From the IMG/VR virus record IMGVR_UViG_2541047745_000013: a stretch of DNA of 13,518 nucleotides, one strand, 5' to 3'. Each line of letters starts with the position of its first letter. Position 1 is the first letter of the stretch. This document shows, one piece after another, positions 8,154-13,518 of this stretch. The notes under the pieces were generated by a model. The model saw nothing but the letters and a program-made list of their open reading frames with translations, had not been told where the DNA came from and did no database searches. A program made the translations under genes and the position numbers. This stretch comes from a virus. Its lineage: Duplodnaviria > Heunggongvirae > Uroviricota > Caudoviricetes.

Positions 8154-8239
8154 GGCGTATTCGACATTTGACGCAAATAAAACTCTCGCCATTCGTTGCA
8201 GGAGGGGGTTATTGCGTCATTAGTACAGGATATTAATAA

Positions 8240-8443
8240 ATGGCTAATTACAATTCATTAATTCGTCTCTCTGAAGTTCAAAGGCGAACTGGTTATAGCA
8301 AAGCATGGATTTATCGTCTTATTAGTCAGGGGAGGTTCCCTAAACAGGTAAAAATTGGAAGTCGGGCAATTGCTTTTGTTGAGTCTGAAATAGATGAATG
8401 GATTGAGAAGTGTATATTAGAATCTAGAGACGAGGTGGCCTGA
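8240..8443 (+). CDS. alpA: AlpA-family phage regulatory protein / excisionase-like helix-turn-helix protein
   Basis: 67-aa ORF with AGGA 9 nt upstream of the ATG. Motif IRLSEVQRRTGYSKAWIYRLISQGRFPKQVKIGSRAIAFVESEIDEWI matches the AlpA/Vis-type pattern. Confidence 0.85.
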   Translation: MANYNSLIRLSEVQRRTGYSKAWIYRLISQGRFPKQVKIGSRAIAFVESEIDEWIEKCILESRDEVA

Positions 8444-8874
8444 TGGAAAAGAAAAACCGCCCATTACAGGCGGCTAATTCAGATATTCGCGTATCTGATG
8501 TTACGCCCCTGACAAAATCCCTTCAAGCACCAAAGCGCACGCCGAAAAAGCATCGTGCCCGAGTCTATATGCTGCGTACTGGTATAGAGGGATGGACAGA
8601 AAATGACATTCTTCGCTACTGCCGTCTGTCTTCTGGTCGTAACTATGCAACAGAGTTAGAACGCCAGCTCGGAATCACTCTGGAGCGTATCGACGAAAAG
8701 AATCCTGATGGTATCGGAACACACCTTCGCTACCGTTTCTCCTGCCGTGGTGATGTTCTGAAAGTGATCACTCATATTAACCATCTTGCGAACATAAATG
8801 ATCACAACGGACTTTCTCAGCAGGAAATTGCCGACATTCTGAAACTCTACCCGGACGCGTTTAACGCCGCCTAA
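8443..8874 (+). CDS. Hypothetical protein (143 aa), translationally coupled to alpA
   Basis: ATG at 8443 overlaps the alpA TGA (TGATG). The translation looks like ordinary protein; no family recognised. Confidence 0.6.
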   Translation: MEKKNRPLQAANSDIRVSDVTPLTKSLQAPKRTPKKHRARVYMLRTGIEGWTENDILRYCRLSSGRNYATELERQLGITLERIDEKNPDGIGTHLRYRFSCRGDVLKVITHINHLANINDHNGLSQQEIADILKLYPDAFNAA

Positions 8875-8886
8875 CGGAGACTGAAA

Positions 8887-9720
8887 ATGAACATCGAAAA
8901 AAGCAGATTAATTTCTGAGGCTGCCCCTCATCTGAACGCCTCTCTGGGCACAATTAACGGTAATGAATTTGCCGCAATTGTCCCGGTTATTCCTGGTCAT
9001 ATCGGTGGGCGTGAAACCAATATTGTTAGCGCAAAAGCGTTACACAAAGCGTTGGGCGTGGGAAAAGACTTCTCTACATGGATCACTGATCGCATCTCTG
9101 AATATGACTTCACCATTGGGCACGATTACTCAGTCCATAAAACTATTTCCCCAAATTTGGGGAAAATCCCGAATGGCGCGGCTTACAGCAAGATTAAGCA
9201 GTCTGGAAGACCCGGCAAAGACTATCTGTTAAGTGTCGGAATGGCGAAAGAACTGGCAATGATCGAACGCAATGATCAGGGGCGCGCTATCCGCCGTTAT
9301 TTCATCCAGTGCGAGGAAGAATTACAGCGTAGCGTGCCTGAAATCGCCGCCCGCTATCGTCGCCAGCTAAAAGCCCGTATCAGTGCCGCAAACAACTTTA
9401 AGCCAATGTGCGATGCGCTGAATATGGCCCGTGCCGAGATGGGGAAAACGACGCAGCAACACCACTACACAAACGAGAGCAATATGATTTCTCGTATCGT
9501 TCTTGGTGGGCTAACTGCTAAGCAGTGGGCGCGGATAAATGGCTATTCTGGCGAACCTCGCGACCATATGAACGCAGAACAGCTTGAGCACCTCTCATAT
9601 CTCGAAAGCACCAATATCACGTTAATTGATATGGGCATGGAATATGAGCAGCGCAAAGGAGAACTCACCCGCCTGTCGCAACGCTGGCTCGCTAAGCGTC
9701 TGGAGGCGGTCCATGTTTAA
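8887..9720 (+). CDS. Phage antirepressor-like protein (AntA-domain-like N-terminal region)
   Basis: 277-aa ORF with GGAG upstream. The region …ALHKALGVGKDFSTWITDRISEYDFTIGHDY…GRPGKDYLLSVGMAKELAMIERNDQGRAIRRYFIQCEEEL resembles AntA-type antirepressor domains as I recall them; not verified by search. Confidence 0.55.
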   Translation: MNIEKSRLISEAAPHLNASLGTINGNEFAAIVPVIPGHIGGRETNIVSAKALHKALGVGKDFSTWITDRISEYDFTIGHDYSVHKTISPNLGKIPNGAAYSKIKQSGRPGKDYLLSVGMAKELAMIERNDQGRAIRRYFIQCEEELQRSVPEIAARYRRQLKARISAANNFKPMCDALNMARAEMGKTTQQHHYTNESNMISRIVLGGLTAKQWARINGYSGEPRDHMNAEQLEHLSYLESTNITLIDMGMEYEQRKGELTRLSQRWLAKRLEAVHV

Positions 9721-9895
9721 GCCGACAGGAACACCACAACCTCAAAAACGCTACAAAGATGCCCACGGAGCACTCGTTACTGTCGAAAGCGTGTCTCACA
9801 ACCGAGTGACGTTTTATCGCGACGGGTATCAATCGCCATGCGTACAACCGCTGGCACGTTTCATGAAGGAGTTCGCGGAGGTTAACAAATGCTAA
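9713..9895 (+). CDS. Small hypothetical protein (60 aa; possibly DUF4222-like)
   Basis: ATG 9713 with GGAGG at 9702-9706, overlapping the upstream TAA (9718-9720). Product [60 protein letters not shown]. Confidence 0.55.
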   Translation: MFKPTGTPQPQKRYKDAHGALVTVESVSHNRVTFYRDGYQSPCVQPLARFMKEFAEVNKC

Positions 9896-10956
9896 CCGCC
9901 CAGAAGAAGACATTTTCACTGGCTGGTATGTCGCCAAAATCCAGCAATATGACAGCAAAGTCAGGCATTAATACAGCAGATACAAGCAAAGTTTATCATT
10001 TGCTGGTGGTAGGAGCGGATGCCTTAACTATGTCAGAAATTACGGTCGATGGTGTTAGCGTTGAGAAGGTCAGCGGCTGCGCCAGAGAATTTCTGGTCGT
10101 AGATGGCTTTCTCTGCTCGCGTAGTGACTCCACAAAAACCTTCGTCCACGCGCGTGACGTTAACGAAATGAGCGCGATGTACTGTGCTTCTGGTTCTTCC
10201 AATAGTGAGTTTTCGGAGTCCATAAAAAAGAGCTTGCCGTTATGCGGCAACACGGTTTATGGTTATAAGGCACCTCATAAAACGGGTGCCGGGATTGGCG
10301 TCCTGGTAAATCGAATGGCGACATATGACGCGCCGAGCGTCTTTTTTTATGTCGTAGGTCTGACTCACCCATTTTTTGGGCGTTGGTGTATAATCCAGCG
10401 CCTTTGTCAATCAATGGTGGCTCAGGCAGGGGCTTCTTCGGAAGCGCCGGTATCCATTCGAGCCGGTTACGCCAACCCTGTCTGGGCTACCACCAGCGAA
10501 ATTGGCGTTTCCGGTGGTAGCGTTACATGCTATCGAATGGAGGCTGCCACATGCTGGCTACTACCCCTACCCAAAAACCGCAATTTATCTGGATTATCGC
10601 CGCAGTTCGCCGCGATTGCCCGACAATTACCGCCAAAATTCATCATATTGCTGCCGAGTCTGAACGCGATGCTCGCCGTTCTCTGGTGCGCGATCACGTC
10701 TGCTTTTTTGCTGGTCGTATCCGCATGGAGGTGGCACATGATTAAAACCTACGATGTGCATATGGATCCCCTCGAACGCACAAGCCAGATCATCACACTG
10801 ACAGAAGTGATTAACGACATTCTGGTGAGCAACTCTCCCTCACGAGACGAAAGACTGAAGGCGTTACTCGCGATATTGGATCTCGCCGTTCGTGACGTTC
10901 ATTTCCTGCTGGAAGGTGGCGAAATGCCAGTAAAAACGGGGGAAACCAATGAATAA
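9889..10956 (+). CDS. ORF of unresolved extent: strong coupled start at 9889, frame open for 355 codons through a terminator-like hairpin, a promoter-like element and the Icd-like gene
   Basis: ATG 9889 with GGAGG at 9877-9881 overlaps the upstream stop. The other two + frames have many stops across 9889-10330. The first roughly 145 codons look coding; beyond about 10330 the translation is A/S/G/L/P-rich and resembles off-frame reading. No in-frame stop until 10954-10956. Confidence 0.3.
   Translation: MLTAQKKTFSLAGMSPKSSNMTAKSGINTADTSKVYHLLVVGADALTMSEITVDGVSVEKVSGCAREFLVVDGFLCSRSDSTKTFVHARDVNEMSAMYCASGSSNSEFSESIKKSLPLCGNTVYGYKAPHKTGAGIGVLVNRMATYDAPSVFFYVVGLTHPFFGRWCIIQRLCQSMVAQAGASSEAPVSIRAGYANPVWATTSEIGVSGGSVTCYRMEAATCWLLPLPKNRNLSGLSPQFAAIARQLPPKFIILLPSLNAMLAVLWCAITSAFLLVVSAWRWHMIKTYDVHMDPLERTSQIITLTEVINDILVSNSPSRDERLKALLAILDLAVRDVHFLLEGGEMPVKTGETNE
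10327..10348 (+). terminator. Candidate intrinsic terminator (short GC stem plus T7 run)
   Basis: GACGC (10327-10331), loop GCCGA, GCGTC (10337-10341), then TTTTTTT (10342-10348). The stem is only 5 bp. Confidence 0.35.
10360..10394 (+). promoter_or_regulatory. Candidate sigma70 promoter (perfect -10 TATAAT with upstream TG; weak -35) for the icd-like operon
   Basis: TATAAT at 10389-10394 preceded by TG at 10387-10388 and a T-rich tract at 10372-10377. No good TTGACA at 17-bp spacing. Confidence 0.35.
10400..10530 (+). ncRNA. Candidate structured leader / immunity-type antisense RNA region (P1 c4 / P4 CI-like by position) upstream of the icd-like gene
   Basis: Hairpin GCTTC-TTCG-GAAGC at 10432-10445 (UUCG tetraloop closed by C-G). 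A 9-bp stem GCTACCACC (10486-10494) / GGTGGTAGC (10513-10521) with an 18-nt loop. A related motif TGGTGGCTCAGG at 10415-10426. Translation of this stretch looks non-protein-like. Confidence 0.3.
10551..10745 (+). CDS. Host cell-division inhibitor Icd-like small protein
   Basis: ATG 10551 with GGAGG at 10540-10544. 64-aa product [64 protein letters not shown] resembles Icd-like proteins of P4-type prophages as I recall them. TAA stop 10743-10745. Confidence 0.55.
   Translation: MLATTPTQKPQFIWIIAAVRRDCPTITAKIHHIAAESERDARRSLVRDHVCFFAGRIRMEVAHD
10738..10956 (+). CDS. Hypothetical small protein (72 aa)
   Basis: ATG 10738 with GGAGG at 10727-10731 overlaps the icd-like stop. Acidic, helical-looking product. 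Same frame as the long 9889 ORF. Confidence 0.5.
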   Translation: MIKTYDVHMDPLERTSQIITLTEVINDILVSNSPSRDERLKALLAILDLAVRDVHFLLEGGEMPVKTGETNE

Positions 10957-11143
10957 CTCAATTAATACCCCTCGCCTTACGTCCGCACTTCAATTAATCG
11001 AGCAAGCAGCGGCTGTCCTGGTTGCTGTCAGTCTTTCGGCTGAAGAAATGGACGCTACTGATGTCGTGGATGCGATTAAAGCGTGCTCATCTTTGGTTAA
11101 CGATGCCCGTGCAGAGCTGGTAATTCTTGGGGGTGAAAAATGA
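10949..11143 (+). CDS. Hypothetical small protein (64 aa)
   Basis: ATG 10949 with GGGGGA upstream overlaps the previous stop by 8 nt. Product [64 protein letters not shown]. Confidence 0.55.
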   Translation: MNNSINTPRLTSALQLIEQAAAVLVAVSLSAEEMDATDVVDAIKACSSLVNDARAELVILGGEK

Positions 11144-11403
11144 ATATCAACTTAATTTATCGTCATCCGTGTGAGCTGGAAATTGAATCATTGCTGAGCC
11201 GTGAAGAGCCATATCCAGACACATTCACTCTTGCAGATCGCACGACTGAACGGCTTACCAGAGCGCGCACAGGTCTGGTTCATGTGATGAATGAGATTCT
11301 TCCATCGGTGGGAGGGGAACAGGCGACAGTAATCACTAGCTGGCTACAAAAAGTTACCTCTCTGATAGATATCAGTTTAATCGATGCGGAGAGTGCGAAA
11401 TGA
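11140..11403 (+). CDS. Hypothetical protein (87 aa)
   Basis: ATGA overlap with the previous stop at 11140-11143; G-rich ribosome-binding site upstream. Confidence 0.6.
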   Translation: MNINLIYRHPCELEIESLLSREEPYPDTFTLADRTTERLTRARTGLVHVMNEILPSVGGEQATVITSWLQKVTSLIDISLIDAESAK

Positions 11404-11621
11404 CCAACATCCAGCTCATTGAAGCGCAATGTCGCATCGAACAGGTTCAGACTGTTTTAGGGTTCTGGCTTGAAGGGGCCAGCCCCAGCAACAGAGACAA
11501 GTTAATGATTGGCGCGGTTATGTCACTGCTCAATGGCGTACCAGAAGCTATTCAGGAAGCAGACGAATTGTTGGGCAAATATGAGTTACAGAATCATTCA
11601 GGCGAGGCGAAACATGAATAA
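11400..11621 (+). CDS. Hypothetical protein (73 aa)
   Basis: ATGA overlap at 11400-11403; GGAG 8 nt upstream. Confidence 0.6.
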   Translation: MTNIQLIEAQCRIEQVQTVLGFWLEGASPSNRDKLMIGAVMSLLNGVPEAIQEADELLGKYELQNHSGEAKHE

Positions 11622-12216
11622 TTTCTTAACTTTCCATGCAGAAGCAACGCCTGACGGCGTAAACATCATGCACCGCAGCAACGATGGCATGACAGAACGC
11701 GTTGAGACCGTCTCATATATTGATGCCGTAAATCGTCTGGATGCCGGGGATTATGACGATAAACCAGATGAAGGCATGTCAATACATCTCGCTATAGCCG
11801 ATGGCGGCAACCAGGGATATTTCGATTACACATCACAGCATAACGTCATTATGTGGAGATGGCTGATCGCAACAGTATTCATGCTGGAAATGAGAGAGGA
11901 AAACGGCACTGTCAGCATCATTGATGATACTGGCAATCCTTCCGAAGTGGCTGTTTATTCCAACGGCATCGTCGCCATGCCGCTGTATCCAGTAGCAGAG
12001 CGCCTCGCTATGGCAAACAACATTGAGGGCGCGATGATAGAACGTTTTGGCATCGAGTCTGGCACAGAACGCGCCATCATTTTCTACAGAGCCATGATGG
12101 ATGTGGAACAAGGAGCACTGACTCCATTTGGTCGTGAAACGCTTGCTGAACTTCACAACAGCTTTATAGCTGAACTGAATGAAAACGGCATGCCAGCGGA
12201 ACCAGTGACGCACTGA
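11614..12216 (+). CDS. Hypothetical protein (200 aa)
   Basis: ATG 11614 with GAGG at 11604-11607, overlapping the previous gene by 8 nt. The track ORF beginning 11509 is the same frame read through the upstream gene. No family recognised. Confidence 0.6.
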   Translation: MNNFLTFHAEATPDGVNIMHRSNDGMTERVETVSYIDAVNRLDAGDYDDKPDEGMSIHLAIADGGNQGYFDYTSQHNVIMWRWLIATVFMLEMREENGTVSIIDDTGNPSEVAVYSNGIVAMPLYPVAERLAMANNIEGAMIERFGIESGTERAIIFYRAMMDVEQGALTPFGRETLAELHNSFIAELNENGMPAEPVTH

Positions 12217-12226
12217 GGATGGAGCC

Positions 12227-12568
12227 ATGATTACTAAAAATTTCCGACTGAATGCGCTGGCAAATAAGTATGCGTCGGCACTGTATAACCACATTACCTC
12301 CACCAGCGGCGGGGACTATTTCATGGTTGATGCGGACGGCGAGGCCGTACGTGTGGAAATCGTCAATGGAGTAAAAGGCGTTCGCAGCCTGATCGATAGC
12401 TACACACTGGCAGCCATGAAAGTGTTCTACCCGCAGTGGGAAACCGTGGGGATCGAGCTTCTTGATCGTTGCGTCACTAAGGACGGATTGACTGACGTCG
12501 GGCGTGAGATATGGCAAAGCATGGTTAATGACATGGGCGCAACTGTAGCGGGAGGTTCTCATGCGTGA
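12227..12568 (+). CDS. Hypothetical protein (113 aa)
   Basis: ATG 12227 with GAGGA at 12216-12220. No family recognised. Confidence 0.6.
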   Translation: MITKNFRLNALANKYASALYNHITSTSGGDYFMVDADGEAVRVEIVNGVKGVRSLIDSYTLAAMKVFYPQWETVGIELLDRCVTKDGLTDVGREIWQSMVNDMGATVAGGSHA

Positions 12569-12932
12569 AAATGCAGAAATGGCGCTTAGCTCCGCAATCG
12601 GAGAGCAGGTGGCAAAGATTGCTGGTGCTGTGTGGATTCATAACCTTCATTCTACTGGTGAAGAGAAAATGGCAATTCAGACGCCAGAGGGACGCACCAT
12701 TACTACATCTCTGAAGCCGTCAGATGTTTGTGATCTGATTTGCGCATTCATGTACCCAGCAATGAGGACTGCCCACGGCGATAAGTGGAAACTTGCGACA
12801 ACCGCTGAATTTGATATGTGGCTAAACAATGATGGCATGCTGACTGATTACGGAATAACCAAGTGGCAGATGCTGGTTAGCCATATCGCAAACGCTATAG
12901 ACCACGTGGGGTACGGTGATGCGAAACATTGA
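12561..12932 (+). CDS. Hypothetical protein (123 aa)
   Basis: ATG 12561 with GGAGG at 12551-12555, overlapping the previous stop by 8 nt. Confidence 0.6.
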   Translation: MRENAEMALSSAIGEQVAKIAGAVWIHNLHSTGEEKMAIQTPEGRTITTSLKPSDVCDLICAFMYPAMRTAHGDKWKLATTAEFDMWLNNDGMLTDYGITKWQMLVSHIANAIDHVGYGDAKH

Positions 12933-13518
12933 TCTTATCCGTCAGGTTATCAGTGCGTCTGAAAACAACTGGCCTCATGTGCTGGGCTGCCTGAACATAA
13001 ATGTCCCTGACTCTCCGCGCCGTCATGCTCCCTGCCCTGCATGTGGGGGCAAAGATCGATTCCGGTTCGATGACAACGGGCGCGGTAGCTTCATCTGTAA
13101 TCAGTGCGGCGCTGGTGATGGGCTGGATTTAATTAAACGCGTAAATAACTGCGACACAACAGAGGCGGCGCTTCTTGCCGCTGATGTTCTGGGTATTGAT
13201 TACCGGACAACGGAAACACCAGAAGCCACCAGCCAGAAACGGGAACAACTGGAAACCGAGCGCCAGCGACGCGAACAGGAGCGCCTGAAAAGGGCAGAGA
13301 AGGACGAACAACAAAGACGGGATACGTTTTCCCGTCAGTTTGATGACATGCGCAGAAAGGCTGTAAACGGCAAATCTGATTATCTGGTTGCGAAAGGGGT
13401 AGGTGATTTTACATTCCCCGTGTTGCCCGATGGATCTCTGTTGCTGGCGCTGGTGGATAAATCCGGCGCAGTCACAGCAGCACAGACTATTACCTCACAT
13501 GGTGAAAAAAGACTCCTG
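12919..13518 (+). CDS. DNA primase, P4 alpha / PICI Pri-type (N-terminal zinc-ribbon; 3' truncated by window end)
   Basis: ATG 12919 overlaps the upstream stop (12930-12932). My own translation gives …HAPCPACGGKDRFRFDDNGRGSFICNQCGAGDGLDLI…, the CxxC…CxxC zinc-binding motif of P4-type primases, followed by a charged ERQRREQERLKRAEKDEQQRR linker. This ORF is absent from the supplied track because it has no stop in the window. Confidence 0.85.
   Translation, partial: MRNIDLIRQVISASENNWPHVLGCLNINVPDSPRRHAPCPACGGKDRFRFDDNGRGSFICNQCGAGDGLDLIKRVNNCDTTEAALLAADVLGIDYRTTETPEATSQKREQLETERQRREQERLKRAEKDEQQRRDTFSRQFDDMRRKAVNGKSDYLVAKGVGDFTFPVLPDGSLLLALVDKSGAVTAAQTITSHGEKRLL

Larger units (their letters stand above)
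6387..13518. mobile_element. Left arm of a P4-like / PICI-like satellite or CP4-57-like cryptic prophage (att, int, alpA … icd-like … primase); right end outside window
   Basis: att fragment, then a same-strand P4-type integrase, an AlpA-family gene, an Icd-like gene and a primase with zinc-ribbon motif, all on the + strand with coupled small ORFs. No capsid or tail genes are in the window. Confidence 0.65.

Noticed and set aside
7977-8192. 71-aa - strand ORF between int and alpA as a possible divergent repressor
   Set aside because: It spans both palindromes, has no ribosome-binding site and a low-complexity translation; more likely regulatory DNA. Not excluded.
10360-10394. Strong canonical promoter call
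   Set aside because: Only the -10 is convincing; no TTGACA-like hexamer at 16-18 bp spacing. Kept as a low-confidence feature.
9996-10414. Two - strand ORFs (85 and 84 aa) antisense to the 9889 ORF
   Set aside because: The + strand frame has a strong coupled start and is uniquely open; the - strand ORFs lack start signals.
13129-13314. 61-aa - strand ORF
   Set aside because: Lies inside the primase coding region, which has a clear zinc-ribbon motif on the + strand.
1-13518. CRISPR arrays, IS elements or transposases, rRNA
   Set aside because: No regularly spaced short direct repeats, no terminal inverted repeats flanking a transposase-like ORF, and no rRNA-like sequence were seen on either strand.

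Overview
This window reads as an enterobacterial (E. coli-like) accessory region made of two integrative elements abutting one tRNA-derived attachment site. All family assignments are from reading the six-frame translations and recall of protein families; no database search was run. (1) Positions 1-4809 carry the distal gene set typical of CP4-type cryptic islands, all on the + strand: DUF932, antirestriction, RadC-like JAB, DUF987, CbeA antitoxin, CbtA toxin, YeeW-like, DUF957, DUF4942. (2) Positions 4902-6257 carry an AT-rich P4-type tyrosine integrase on the - strand. (3) Positions 6387-6432 are the 3' 46 nt of tRNA-Thr(CGU) (thrW-type) with no 5' half, i.e. an att core copy rather than a gene. 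(4) Positions 6598-13518 are the left arm of a P4-like/PICI-like satellite or cryptic prophage: integrase, AlpA, a 143-aa unknown, an AntA-like protein, a small coupled ORF, a stop-free ORF of unresolved extent, a terminator/promoter/structured-leader region, an Icd-like gene, six overlapping small ORFs of unknown function, and the start of a zinc-ribbon primase cut by the window end. No CRISPR array, rRNA, intact tRNA or IS transposase was seen. The most interesting signals are the two-integrase att junction, the candidate immunity-RNA leader upstream of the Icd-like gene, a 1068-nt stop-free frame that runs through that regulatory region, and the uncharacterised coupled small-gene operon leading into the primase.
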